A stretch of DNA of 64,000 nt from Acidobacteriota bacterium (GTDB lineage: Bacteria > Acidobacteriota > UBA890 > WLXD01): the NCBI GenBank assembly GCA_963666055.2, contig CAXWPH010000012.1, positions 288,001-352,000 on the forward strand. Reading direction: 5' to 3'. Shown here in pieces: positions 29,774 through 41,004 of the stretch (positions within the stretch are counted from its first letter, which is position 1; every line of letters starts with the position of its first letter). The notes under the pieces were generated by a model. It searched no databases and was not told the origin of the DNA. It worked only from the letters and a program-made list of their open reading frames with translations. The position numbers and the translations under genes were made by a program.

Positions 29774-30319
29774 TCAGTCCTGTGACGTGCCGTCACCGAT
29801 GCTCGAGTTAACCAGCGCCAGGAACTCGGTGGTGACGATTGTCGAGTTAGCGAAGTAGAGCACGCCCTGCGCCCGTGAAGAATCGAAGATCACATCGTAG
29901 CCGTTCTCGGCGGCGAACTGTTCGACCAGTGGTCCGAGTTGCTCGTTGACATCGAGCGTGATCTGCTGCTCCATGCGCTCGAGCTCACGACGGGCATCGT
30001 CGTTGGTGCGCTGGGCCAGCACCTGCTTCTCTTCAATGTCCTGGTTAAGCCGCGCCAACGCAGCGTCGTTGAGGGTCAGCGCTTGATCTCGGCGCTGGCG
30101 CTGTAACGCTTCGAGCTCCGTCGTCTGCGCATTGAGATTCTCCTGCCACCTCACAGCTTCGGCCTCAAGTCGGTCGCGGGCAACGCGTCCAATCTCTGAT
30201 CCGGTCAGCACCGAGTCTCCATCGATAAAGACGATACGGGTGCCGGTAGACTGCGGGGTGGAAAAAACAGCCGACGCGAACATTGCCGCGCCGACTAGCA
30301 AGCTGGTGGTCGTCCGCAT
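29774..30319 (-). CDS. skp: Skp/OmpH periplasmic chaperone
   Basis: Signal peptide, IVFID, coiled coil, FAAENGYDVIFD. Confidence 0.8.
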   Translation of the reverse strand: MRTTTSLLVGAAMFASAVFSTPQSTGTRIVFIDGDSVLTGSEIGRVARDRLEAEAVRWQENLNAQTTELEALQRQRRDQALTLNDAALARLNQDIEEKQVLAQRTNDDARRELERMEQQITLDVNEQLGPLVEQFAAENGYDVIFDSSRAQGVLYFANSTIVTTEFLALVNSSIGDGTSQD

Positions 30320-30480
30320 CGGATCATACTCCTGGCGAGGTCGGTATCTAGGGAGGGTACGGCCGCAACGGGATGTCGCTGACCGTCACCCAATCGTAGC
30401 AAGCGCGTTCCGGGGCGGCAATTTATCTGGCCGTCCACCCTGAGACCTTCCGCTGTCTCTGGGGATTGACCGACGCACAT

Positions 30481-30515
30481 CGGGCCCGGGGCGAAACAAG
30501 TACGCCCCGAGCCCG
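30481..30515 (-). terminator. GC-rich hairpin downstream of groEL
   Basis: CGGGCCCGGGGCG-N9-CGCCCCGAGCCCG; no clear U-tract. Confidence 0.45.
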
Positions 30516-30549
30516 GAGTGATCTTGTGGTCAGATAAACGGGCGCGAGA

Positions 30550-32211
<1,662 letters not shown>

Positions 32212-32223
32212 TCAGTGCCTGCG

Positions 32224-32529
32224 TTAGCCGACTATGCCGAGAATCTCGTCCTCACGGACGATCAGGTGGTCGACCCCATCGAGCTTGATCTCCGTCCCCC
32301 CATACTTGCCAACCAGCACCGTGTCGCCGGCCGAAACCGACATCTCGGCATTCGAGCCATCGTCCAGCCGCTTGCCCGGACCAACCGCCACCACCTCCGC
32401 CTCCAGCGGCTTCTCCTTGGCCGTGTCGGGGATGATGATGCCGCCGCTAACCTCTTCGGCGGCGTCTAAACGACGCAGCAAAACCCGGTCGTACAGAGGG
32501 CGCACGCCGACACTCTTCTTCTTCGCCAT
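32224..32529 (-). CDS. groS: Co-chaperonin GroES
   Basis: [20 protein letters not shown]. Confidence 0.98.
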   Translation of the reverse strand: MAKKKSVGVRPLYDRVLLRRLDAAEEVSGGIIIPDTAKEKPLEAEVVAVGPGKRLDDGSNAEMSVSAGDTVLVGKYGGTEIKLDGVDHLIVREDEILGIVG

Positions 32530-32634
32530 TGACTATGAGCTCCTTGTGAAGTGGGTGTTCGCAGACGCTGCTGCTTGTCCATTCGTCTGCTGGCTGCGCG
32601 TCCGCGCGGAATTAGCGCTTTGACCTGGACTCCG

Positions 32635-32661
32635 CTAGCACTCTACTAAGGTGAGTGCCAA
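32635..32661. promoter_or_regulatory. CIRCE element (HrcA operator) upstream of groES
   Basis: CTAGCACTC-N9-GAGTGCCAA vs consensus TTAGCACTC-N9-GAGTGCTAA. Confidence 0.9.
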
Positions 32662-32746
32662 TCCTACACATGATGCCCACTGGCGGCAAGCTCCTGACCG
32701 GCCGTCACCAACCGTGTCGTGACGGTCAGCGCCGGCGCCCCTACCA

Positions 32747-32965
32747 TCAGAGCAGGCCGTGCTGCCGGAGCTTGCGCCGTAGCGTATTGCGATGCACCTC
32801 GAGCGCCTCGGCGGCCCGACTCTGGTTGCCGCCGCAGGCCGACAACACCTCGCTGAGGAATTGCCGCTCCAGCTGCTCGTGGGCCTCCTGAAGCCGGATT
32901 CCCTTCTTCACCATGTCGCCGACGAGTTCCTGTAGGCGAACCTTCAGAGTGGGCTTGCGACTCAT
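32747..32965 (-). CDS. Small Fis-family HTH protein
   Basis: GNQSRAAEALEVHRNTLRRKL. Confidence 0.85.
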   Translation of the reverse strand: MSRKPTLKVRLQELVGDMVKKGIRLQEAHEQLERQFLSEVLSACGGNQSRAAEALEVHRNTLRRKLRQHGLL

Positions 32966-32976
32966 TCGCTGAACGC

Positions 32977-33891
32977 TCAGGAAAAGTCGGGCAACGCTGT
33001 GCCCGTAAGCACCTCGTACGCCTCGTGATACTTGGCCGACGTTTGTTGCACGATCTCGTCGGGCAGCACCGGGCCAGGGGGCATCTTGTCCCAGTCCAGA
33101 GTGGAAAGGTAATTGCGCACAAATTCCTTGTCATAGGACGGCGGGCTGGTTCCCGGCCGGTACTGGTCTGCCGGCCAGAAGCGCGACGAGTCCGGTGTAA
33201 ACAACTCGTCGATGAGGATCAGCTCGTCCCCGACCAGCCCGAACTCGAACTTCGTGTCGGCAATGATTATGCCGCGTGCCTCGGCGTATTCGGCGGCCTC
33301 GGAGTACAGGCGCAGCGACACTTCAGCCAGTCGCGCGGTCCACTCCGACCCAATCAGCTCCGCCATCTGCGCCACCGACACATTCTCGTCGTGGCCCGAG
33401 TCGGCTTTGGTGGAGGGCGTGAAGATGGGCTCGGACAGCCGCGCCGCTTGCTGCAGGCCAGGGGCCAACTCGATGCCACAGACCTGACCGGTGCGCTGGT
33501 AGTCGCGCCACCCCGATCCGATGAGATATCCGCGCACCACACACTCGACATCGAATCGCGCCGCGCGGCGTGCGTACATGCTACGCCCGGCGAGCTGTTC
33601 AGCGTATGGCTGCAGCAGGTCCGGAAACTCGTCCACATCGGCGCTGATCAGGTGGTTGTTAACCACGTGCTGCAAGCGGTCGAACCAGAAACACGACAGC
33701 TGAGTCAGCACCGTCCCCTTCGCCGGCACTCCTCCGGGCAGCACCACGTCGAAGGCGGAGATACGGTCGGTGGCCACAAGCAGTAGTTCATCGCCGACTC
33801 CGTACACGTCGCGCACCTTGCCGCGGTGGATCAGGTCGACATCGCCCAGCTCGGTTACCAGCAACGGTTGCGCGGTAGAAACGGTACTCAT
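32977..33891 (-). CDS. purC: SAICAR synthase
   Basis: GKVRDVY, TDRISAFD, ECVVRGY, ADTKFEFG, TPDSSRFW. Confidence 0.96.
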   Translation of the reverse strand: MSTVSTAQPLLVTELGDVDLIHRGKVRDVYGVGDELLLVATDRISAFDVVLPGGVPAKGTVLTQLSCFWFDRLQHVVNNHLISADVDEFPDLLQPYAEQLAGRSMYARRAARFDVECVVRGYLIGSGWRDYQRTGQVCGIELAPGLQQAARLSEPIFTPSTKADSGHDENVSVAQMAELIGSEWTARLAEVSLRLYSEAAEYAEARGIIIADTKFEFGLVGDELILIDELFTPDSSRFWPADQYRPGTSPPSYDKEFVRNYLSTLDWDKMPPGPVLPDEIVQQTSAKYHEAYEVLTGTALPDFS

Positions 33892-33923
33892 GTGCAGCGA
33901 CTCCGTACGCCGGTCACCCCGGC

Positions 33924-34325
33924 TCAATCCTGGACCGACCCCAGCAACGCGTCGGCGGCAGCAGCATCCGACACTTTGAAGACACCGATCGCGAGCCCGT
34001 CGTCCGGTGACGTCGAGGCATAGAAGTACTCGATGTTGATCTTGCTGTCCGAGAGCAGACGGGCGATCCTCGCCAGCTGCCCTGCGTGGCTCCCCAGGGT
34101 CACCACCAACACCTCGATGCTCGTGTGCGCCACGCCGCTGTCGCGGAACACCTCGCGCGCCCGCGGGACATCGTCTACGAGAAGCCGTACAGCGCCGTAT
34201 TCACCCGCTTCGGCCGTCGCCAATGCCAGGATGTTCACGTTCGCCGCTGCCAGCGCTTCACAAAAGTTCGCCAACTCGCCGGGCCGATTCTGCCACCCGA
34301 CGGTCAGTTGTCGTGCAACGGCCAT
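33924..34325 (-). CDS. Tandem ACT-domain protein
   Basis: NRPGELA..LA..NVNI and GQLARIA..L...INIEY repeats. Confidence 0.85.
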   Translation of the reverse strand: MAVARQLTVGWQNRPGELANFCEALAAANVNILALATAEAGEYGAVRLLVDDVPRAREVFRDSGVAHTSIEVLVVTLGSHAGQLARIARLLSDSKINIEYFYASTSPDDGLAIGVFKVSDAAAADALLGSVQD

Positions 34326-34564
34326 GTGCGTCTCCCAGTGGGTGTGCCACAAGTTTCTTGGTGATGAGCGGTAGATACAGCGCTCGTCGATGGCGGTCAA
34401 GTGCGAGCGCGCAACTTGTAGCTGCTGCTGCCAAGAAAAAAGGGGCTCTCCGTTCGCCTGACAGACGGTCCCGGACCGATCGGGGAACGATACGGTTGCC
34501 GTCCTGCTACTGTCCAGAGTTCCGCCGTCCCGCTTCATCCGCTTCTCATCGCCCCGGCAGCCAC

Positions 34565-35371
34565 GTGACCCTTACTCGCGACCTCGCCCTCGCCGAGACA
34601 ATCGCGCGCGAGGCGTCCGAGATCCTGATGCGCTACTACCGAGGCGACTATCGGGTCGAGGCCAAGGCCGGTGGGGAGCCCGTTACCGAGGCCGACCGCG
34701 CCGCCAACGAGCACATTGTCGCTCGACTGCAGGAGCACTTCCCCGACGATGGCATTCTCGCCGAGGAATCTGCTGACCCGGCGGCGATCGTCGGCAAGCG
34801 GCGCGTTTGGATGGTGGACCCGATGGATGGCACCAAGGAGTTCACTCACCACCTAACCGAGTTCGCCGTGATGATCGGACTAGTGGTGGAGGGCACACCA
34901 GTGCTCGGCGTCGTCGCACAGCCCGCGGAGGAGATTGTTTACCGCGGCATCGTCGGCGAGGGGGCGGAACGCGTGCACCCGGATGGCGTCGATACGATGC
35001 GCGTCGGAACGACCAGCGAGCTCGCCGAGCTGACCTTGATCTGTAGTCGTTCGCACCTCCCCGAGATCGTCGAGCGCATGAAAGACGAGCTCGGCATCTC
35101 GCGCATGCTGCAGTCCGGCAGCGTCGGCCTGAAGATCGGCAAGATCGGTACCGGGGTTTGCGACCTCTATTTGCAGCCGGCATCCGGCACGAAGCTCTGG
35201 GACGCCTGCGCTCCGGAGGCGATTCTGCACGCCGCCGGTGGCCGCCTCACCGACTTCGACGGCCACCCGATCGACTATGACCCTCAGGACATCGTGAATC
35301 GCCGCGGCCTGCTGGGGAGCAACGGCACCCGCCACGACGACTTGGTGCAACGACTGCGCGGCTACTTCTAG
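34565..35371 (+). CDS. cysQ: 3'(2'),5'-bisphosphate nucleotidase (PAP phosphatase, IMPase family)
   Basis: PVTEAD, LAEE, WMVDPMDGTKEF, SRSH, GSVGLK, WDACA; directly upstream of sat/cysC. Confidence 0.85.
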   Translation: MTLTRDLALAETIAREASEILMRYYRGDYRVEAKAGGEPVTEADRAANEHIVARLQEHFPDDGILAEESADPAAIVGKRRVWMVDPMDGTKEFTHHLTEFAVMIGLVVEGTPVLGVVAQPAEEIVYRGIVGEGAERVHPDGVDTMRVGTTSELAELTLICSRSHLPEIVERMKDELGISRMLQSGSVGLKIGKIGTGVCDLYLQPASGTKLWDACAPEAILHAAGGRLTDFDGHPIDYDPQDIVNRRGLLGSNGTRHDDLVQRLRGYF

Positions 35372-35385
35372 CAGGGTGCTGAAGG
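35368..35385 (+). repeat. Degenerate MITE-A-like end on the cysQ TAG stop
   Basis: CTAGCAGGGTGCTGAAGG resembles CTAGCAGGCCGTGCTGAAAG. Confidence 0.45.
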
Positions 35386-35439
35386 AACTCCGGTGGGTCG
35401 GCGCGTGGGTCTGGCTGGCCAGATCAAGGGCGATCGGAC

Positions 35440-35478
35440 TTGCATTAGGTTCTAATTGGGTTACGATTAGGACCCAAT
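35440..35478 (+). promoter_or_regulatory. Sigma70-like promoter overlapped by three 11-bp tandem repeats (putative RHH operator)
   Basis: TTGCAT-N16-TACGAT; repeats ATTAGGTTCTA / ATTGGGTTACG / ATTAGGACCCA in an AT-rich island. Confidence 0.55.
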
Positions 35479-35512
35479 CAGTGCCCTGCTACAGCTCATT
35501 CCGTCGCTGCCC

Positions 35513-35731
35513 ATGCCCGACCGTGTAAGCATCAAGATTCCCCGGCCGCTCTACAATCGGCTGCAGCGGGTCATCGACGGGTCGGGCTTCAGCTCGGCCA
35601 CCGACTTCATCGTCTACGTGCTTCGCGACCTGGTCGGGAGCCTGGAACCGGAGGCATCGTCGTCCTCCGATCTCAGCCAGGACGAGCTCGTGGCGATCCG
35701 CAAGAAGCTAGAAAACCTCGGATACCTCTAA
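35513..35731 (+). CDS. CopG-like ribbon-helix-helix protein with C-terminal LGY tail
   Basis: VSIKIPRPLY..L......GFSSATDFIVYVLR; ends IRKKLENLGYL. Confidence 0.8.
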   Translation: MPDRVSIKIPRPLYNRLQRVIDGSGFSSATDFIVYVLRDLVGSLEPEASSSSDLSQDELVAIRKKLENLGYL

Positions 35732-36900
35732 TGATCAAAGCTCACGGCGGGCGCCTCATCGAGCGCTTCGCATCAGCAACCGGACACACCGAGTGGCTCG
35801 AGCGTATCGACAAGCTCCCTGCCGTCACCATGAACCGCCGAGAAACCTCCGATCTGGAGATGATCGCCACCGGTGCCCTGAGCCCGCTCGAGGGTTTCAT
35901 GGGGCGCGACGACTACGAGCACGTATGCGCCCACGGCCGCTTGCCCGGCGGCCTGCCGTGGACGATACCGATCACGCTGGCGGTCGATTCTTCGACCGCG
36001 GCCGCCGTCGGGATCGGCGACCCGGTGGCGCTCAAGGGGCCCGACGGCACGCTACACGGTGTGCTCGAGTTGGCCGACGTCTACCAGCCCGACAAAGATC
36101 GCGAGGCGCTCCAGGTACTGCTGACGAATGACGACGCGCACCCCGGAGTCGCATACTTACGGTCGACCGGCGACACCTACCTGGGCGGCAGGATCACGCT
36201 GCTCCAGCGCCCGCATCACGCCAGCTTCGAGAGCTCGCGGCTCGATCCGCGCGAAACCCGTGTGCTGTTCAAGGCCAAGGGCTGGAACAGCGTCGCCGCC
36301 TTCCAGACCCGAAACCCGATTCACCGCGCCCACGAGTACCTGCAGAAGTGTGCTCTCGAACTGGTCGACGCACTGTTGATTCATCCGATCATGGGCGAGA
36401 CCAAGTCGGACGATATCCCGGCCGACGTGCGGCTCGAGTGCTACCAAACGCTGCTGCACAACTACTACCCGAAGGCACGCGTTGCACTGTCGATTCTGCC
36501 GGCGGCGATGCGCTATGCCGGCCCTCTTGAGGCCATCTTCCACGCCATCGTAAGAAAGAATTACGGCTGCACGCACTTCATCGTCGGCCGTGACCACGCC
36601 GGCGTCGGCGGCTACTACGGCACCTACGATGCGCACACCATCTTCGAGAAATTCGAAGCGCTCGAGATCGGCATCACGCCGCTCTTCTTCGACCACGCTT
36701 TCTACTGCCACGCTTGCCAGAACATGGCGTCACAGAAGACGTGTCCGCACGACAAGGAACAGCACGTGTTCCTGAGCGGCACGAAAATCCGCGACATGCT
36801 GGCACGCGGTGAAGAGCTGCCAAAGGAATTTACCCGGCCCGAGGTAGCGGAGATCTTGCGTCGTCACTATCAGGGGTCGACTGCCGGCGCCGTGGTGTGA
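35731..36900 (+). CDS. sat: Sulfate adenylyltransferase
   Basis: SPLEGFM, FQTRNPIHRAHEY, MRYAGP, HFIVGRDHAG, LSGT. Confidence 0.97.
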   Translation: MIKAHGGRLIERFASATGHTEWLERIDKLPAVTMNRRETSDLEMIATGALSPLEGFMGRDDYEHVCAHGRLPGGLPWTIPITLAVDSSTAAAVGIGDPVALKGPDGTLHGVLELADVYQPDKDREALQVLLTNDDAHPGVAYLRSTGDTYLGGRITLLQRPHHASFESSRLDPRETRVLFKAKGWNSVAAFQTRNPIHRAHEYLQKCALELVDALLIHPIMGETKSDDIPADVRLECYQTLLHNYYPKARVALSILPAAMRYAGPLEAIFHAIVRKNYGCTHFIVGRDHAGVGGYYGTYDAHTIFEKFEALEIGITPLFFDHAFYCHACQNMASQKTCPHDKEQHVFLSGTKIRDMLARGEELPKEFTRPEVAEILRRHYQGSTAGAVV

Positions 36901-36975
36901 CCGGTCGGTGAGGATACTAGCGCCAGCGCGTCGGCAATCCGGCGCCGGCCGAGGCACCACAAGGAGTTTGCTCAG

Positions 36976-37575
36976 ATGAAGGGCTTCACGCTCTGGTTTA
37001 CAGGGCTTTCGGGCTCCGGCAAGTCGACGCTGGCCACGGCAGTCGAAGAGGTTCTCCTCGAACGCGGTCTGCGGGTCGAGATCCTCGACGGCGACGAGGT
37101 ACGGACGAACCTGTCCAAAGGACTCGGCTTCTCGAAGGAAGACCGCGACACCAACATCCGCCGTATCGGCTACGTCTGTAATCTGCTGAGCCGCAACGGC
37201 GTGGCGGCGGTCTCCGCGGCCATTTCTCCCTATCGAGAGATCCGCGACGAGTTACGCGGATCGATCGAGAACTTCGTCGAGGTCTACGCGCGCTGCAGTA
37301 TCGAAGAGCTCGCACGACGGGATCCGAAGGGGCTATACAAACGAGCCCTGGCAGGTGAAATCCCCAATTTCACAGGCGTTTCCGATCCCTACGAGGAACC
37401 GGTCAACCCCGAGGTCGTCTGCGATACGGAGAAGGAGACGCCGGAGGAGAGCCTGGAAAAGATCGTGCGAAGCCTCGAGCTCATGGGGTACATTCCGCCC
37501 GCCGAGGACCACCACACCAGTCCGGAACAAGAAGAGGCGATCCGCGCACGGCTAGAATCGCTCGGATACCTCTGA
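36976..37575 (+). CDS. cysC: Adenylyl-sulfate kinase with extra C-terminal LGY tail
   Basis: [36 protein letters not shown]; ends [11 protein letters not shown]. Confidence 0.96.
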   Translation: MKGFTLWFTGLSGSGKSTLATAVEEVLLERGLRVEILDGDEVRTNLSKGLGFSKEDRDTNIRRIGYVCNLLSRNGVAAVSAAISPYREIRDELRGSIENFVEVYARCSIEELARRDPKGLYKRALAGEIPNFTGVSDPYEEPVNPEVVCDTEKETPEESLEKIVRSLELMGYIPPAEDHHTSPEQEEAIRARLESLGYL

Positions 37576-37594
37576 TCGCTCGCCGGGGGCGCCA

Positions 37595-38887
37595 ATGTCG
37601 CGCAGCAAGCGACTCTGTCTGATCGGGCTCGACGGAGTACCGGAACAGCTGCTGCGACGCCTTGCCGACGACGGCGTCATGCCACGCTTGGCGGAGCGCA
37701 TCGCCGGCGCACACCTACGCTCGATGCGCGCCTCATTGCCGGAAATCTCCTCGGTGAGCTGGTCGAGCTTCATGACCGGGGCGGGTCCCAGCGAGCATGG
37801 GATCTACGGCTTCACCGATATCGAGCCTCAGAGCTACGGGCTCACGTTTCCGAGCTTTGCCGATGTGCGCATTCCAACCTTGTGGGACCGGCTCGGCCGC
37901 CGCGGCGTAACCTCGGTAGTGGTGAATCAGCCGGCAACCTATCCAGCTCGCTCGATTCCCGGCGTCATGGTCTCGGGCTTCGTTGCAGTGGATCTCACTC
38001 GCGCGGTCAAGCCACTACGGTGGCTGGGTCCGTTGCGACGCATGAACTACCGCATCGATATCGATACCGCACGCAGCCGCCAGGACCACGATTGGCTCAT
38101 GCGCGACCTGCGGCAGACGCTTCGAACAAGGCGCGAAGCGGTAATGCGGCTCTGGGACGAGGTCGATTGGCGCTTCCTGCAAGTCGTGGTTACCGGCACA
38201 GACCGCCTCTATCACTACCTCTGGGATGCGGTCGAGGACACGCGGCATCCGCGCCACCAGCAAACACTCGACTACCACCACGATGTGGACACCTTGGTGG
38301 GCGAGATATGGGACCGGTTCGCGGCCGAAGAGACCGATCCGGAGTCCTGCTTCTGGATGCTTTCGGACCACGGTTTCTGCGCCATTCGCCAGGAGGTGCA
38401 GCTGAACGCAGCTCTGAAGAACCTGGGCTATTTGACCCTCGGGGCCGAGGCGCCGGTAGATCTGACCTCACTCGAGCCAACGAGCCGAGCGTTCGCGCTG
38501 GATCCGGGGCGCATCTATCTGAATCGATCCGAACGGTTCGGGCGTGGCACCGTCGCCGAAAGCGATGCGCCGGCGCTCAAATCGGAGATCGCCAACGCGA
38601 TCAAAGAGCTGCGGTATGATGGGCAACGGGTCGTCCGCGAGGTGTTCGATGCTGCGGACATCTACGAACAGGGGCCTTGCTCCGCGCGCGGTCCCGACCT
38701 TGTCGCTCTCGCTTTCCCGGGGTTCGACCTCAAGGCGTCCCCGGCGGCGAGTGAGGTATTCGGACGCAGCGACCTCGTGGGTATGCACACGTACGACGAC
38801 GCCTTCCTCTTGACACCCCACCCCATCGAAGGCGACCTCTGGATCGGCGAGATCGCCGCGCATATTGAACAGGAGTACGACAAGTGA
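37595..38887 (+). CDS. AlkP-superfamily (NPP/phosphodiesterase-like) enzyme, predicted cytoplasmic
   Basis: IGLDG, SSVSWSSFMTG, DRLYH, SDHG, GMH; no signal peptide. Confidence 0.85.
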   Translation: MSRSKRLCLIGLDGVPEQLLRRLADDGVMPRLAERIAGAHLRSMRASLPEISSVSWSSFMTGAGPSEHGIYGFTDIEPQSYGLTFPSFADVRIPTLWDRLGRRGVTSVVVNQPATYPARSIPGVMVSGFVAVDLTRAVKPLRWLGPLRRMNYRIDIDTARSRQDHDWLMRDLRQTLRTRREAVMRLWDEVDWRFLQVVVTGTDRLYHYLWDAVEDTRHPRHQQTLDYHHDVDTLVGEIWDRFAAEETDPESCFWMLSDHGFCAIRQEVQLNAALKNLGYLTLGAEAPVDLTSLEPTSRAFALDPGRIYLNRSERFGRGTVAESDAPALKSEIANAIKELRYDGQRVVREVFDAADIYEQGPCSARGPDLVALAFPGFDLKASPAASEVFGRSDLVGMHTYDDAFLLTPHPIEGDLWIGEIAAHIEQEYDK

Positions 38888-41004
38888 GCACGCCGTCCCG
38901 GTTCGTGTCGCGCCTCGTCCTGGCCGTGCTGGCCGTCCTGGCGTACCCGCATGTCGCCGATGCCTACGTTGGTCCCGGAGCCGGCTTCGCGTTTATCAGC
39001 AGCTTCCTGGTGCTGTTCTCGACCATTCTGGCAGTCATCGCCTCGTTGCTGATCTGGCCGTTCCGCACCTTGTGGCGGGCGATCACGCGCCGTACGAAGG
39101 TGGCGCCCAAGATCCGGCGCCTCATCGTCGTCGGGTTCGACGGACAGGATCCGCAGTTAACCGACCGCTTCATGGCCGAAGGCAAGCTGCCGAACTTCAA
39201 GAAGCTGGCCGACATGGGCTGCTACAAGCCATTGAAGACAACGTTCCCGTCGATCTCTCCGGTAGCCTGGTCGTCGTTCTCAACCGGCGCTCACCCTGCG
39301 CGGCACAACATCTACGACTTTCTTGACCGCGACCGCCGCACATATTTGCCGGTGTTGTCATCGACCAAGATCGGTTCGGTCGATCGATTCCTGAACCTGG
39401 GACCGTTTCGTATTCCGCTCGAAAAACCGGAGCTCCGACTGCTACGCAAGTCGAAGCCGTTCTGGAGCGTCCTCGGCGAGCACAATATTTGGAGCACCGT
39501 GCTTCGGGTGCCGATCACCTTCCCACCCGACCGGTTCTATGGCGCCCAGCTCTCGGCGATGTGCGTCCCGGACCTTCTCGGAACGCAGGGCACGTTCCTG
39601 CTCTTCACCACCCGGCCCGAGAGCACCAAGTTCAAAGAGGGCGGCCAGCGAGTGCCGGTAACCATGGAGGGCGACCGCGTCACGGGGACCTTGCTGGGAC
39701 CCGAGAATATCCTGCGCAAAGGCAGCCCACCGCTGGAGTTACCGATCGTCGCCGAGCTCGACCGTGGCGCCAGCCGCGCGCGTGTCGCTTTCGGTTCCGA
39801 GAGCGTTGACCTGACCCTCGGCGAGCTTTCCGACTGGGTACCGCTGACGTTTCCTGCGGCGCCCGGCATCAAGGTCCGCGGCATCGGGCGCGTCATGATG
39901 ACCGAGATGAACGGCGACTTCTCCATGTACATGACGCCCATAGCGCTCGACCCGGAGCGACCGGCGATGCCGATTTCCCACCCCAACTACTACTCCGTGT
40001 ACCTGTCGAAGATGCAGGGAAAGTACTCGACGCTAGGGCTTGCCGAAGATACTTGGGCACTGAACGAGAAGGTGATCGACGACCGCCACTTCAAGGAACT
40101 GACGTTCGACATCGACGACGAGCGCAAGGACATGTTTTTCGCCGCGATGGAGCGGTTGCGCCGCGGCTGCTTGGTGTGCGTGTTCGACGCCACCGACCGC
40201 ATCCAGCACATGTTCTGGCGCTACATCGACGAGGGACATCCGGCCGACGATGGCAGCCAGGACGACTGTCGCGACACCATCGAGGAGCTCTACGTACGCA
40301 ACGACAAGCTCGTCGGTGAGGTGTTGGAGAGAGTCACCGAGGATGACCTGCTGATGGTGCTATCAGACCACGGCTTTACCTCATTCCGCCGTGGCCTGAA
40401 CCTCAATCGGTGGCTCCTCGACAACGGCTACCTCGCTCTCAAGGACGGCGCCGACGGCACCACCGAGTGGCTCCGCGCAGTCGACTGGTCGCGTACCAAA
40501 GCCTACTGTCTCGGGCTGTCGGGCATGTTCTTCAACATCAAGGGCCGCGAGTCGCAGGGCATCGTCGAACGCTCTGAAGTCGATTCCCTGAAAGCGGAGA
40601 TCGGCGCCAAGCTCAAAGGGCTGCGCGACGAGGAGAACAACGAGGTGGCCATCGTCGAGGCGTTCGATACCGCCCAGCTTTACCGGGGTCCGTATCTCGA
40701 GAACGCTCCCGAATTCATCATCGGATACAACCGCGGCTACCGTACTTCCTGGGATTGCGCCACCGGCGTAGTCGATGCGCCGCTATTCGAAGACAACGTG
40801 AAGGCGTGGAGTGGCGACCACTGCGTCGACCCACGGCTCGTTCCGGGAGTGTTGTTCTGTAATCGCGCCATCGACGTCGACGATCCTGCGCTCATCGACA
40901 TCGCCCCAACGGCGCTACAGCAGTTCGGTGTCCCGACTCCCAAGTACATGGACGGCCGACCGCTCTTCAAAGAGGGCGCCGAGGCCGATTCGGCTGGGTC
41001 TTGA
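38884..41004 (+). CDS. AlkP-superfamily (NPP-like) enzyme with N-terminal membrane anchor
   Basis: Hydrophobic segment-AYVGPGAG-TM; VGFDG, SPVAWSSFSTG, DRIQHMFW, SDHG, WSGDH. Confidence 0.85.
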   Translation: MSTPSRFVSRLVLAVLAVLAYPHVADAYVGPGAGFAFISSFLVLFSTILAVIASLLIWPFRTLWRAITRRTKVAPKIRRLIVVGFDGQDPQLTDRFMAEGKLPNFKKLADMGCYKPLKTTFPSISPVAWSSFSTGAHPARHNIYDFLDRDRRTYLPVLSSTKIGSVDRFLNLGPFRIPLEKPELRLLRKSKPFWSVLGEHNIWSTVLRVPITFPPDRFYGAQLSAMCVPDLLGTQGTFLLFTTRPESTKFKEGGQRVPVTMEGDRVTGTLLGPENILRKGSPPLELPIVAELDRGASRARVAFGSESVDLTLGELSDWVPLTFPAAPGIKVRGIGRVMMTEMNGDFSMYMTPIALDPERPAMPISHPNYYSVYLSKMQGKYSTLGLAEDTWALNEKVIDDRHFKELTFDIDDERKDMFFAAMERLRRGCLVCVFDATDRIQHMFWRYIDEGHPADDGSQDDCRDTIEELYVRNDKLVGEVLERVTEDDLLMVLSDHGFTSFRRGLNLNRWLLDNGYLALKDGADGTTEWLRAVDWSRTKAYCLGLSGMFFNIKGRESQGIVERSEVDSLKAEIGAKLKGLRDEENNEVAIVEAFDTAQLYRGPYLENAPEFIIGYNRGYRTSWDCATGVVDAPLFEDNVKAWSGDHCVDPRLVPGVLFCNRAIDVDDPALIDIAPTALQQFGVPTPKYMDGRPLFKEGAEADSAGS

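Noticed and set aside
29371-29858. ORFs over the ssb-skp gap
   Set aside because: Region is the RNase P RNA on the minus strand
35731-37575. sat/cysC as ordinary assimilatory or dissimilatory sulfate reduction
   Set aside because: No cysH, cysIJ/sir, apr or dsr nearby; cannot be excluded elsewhere in the genome, but local context does not support it
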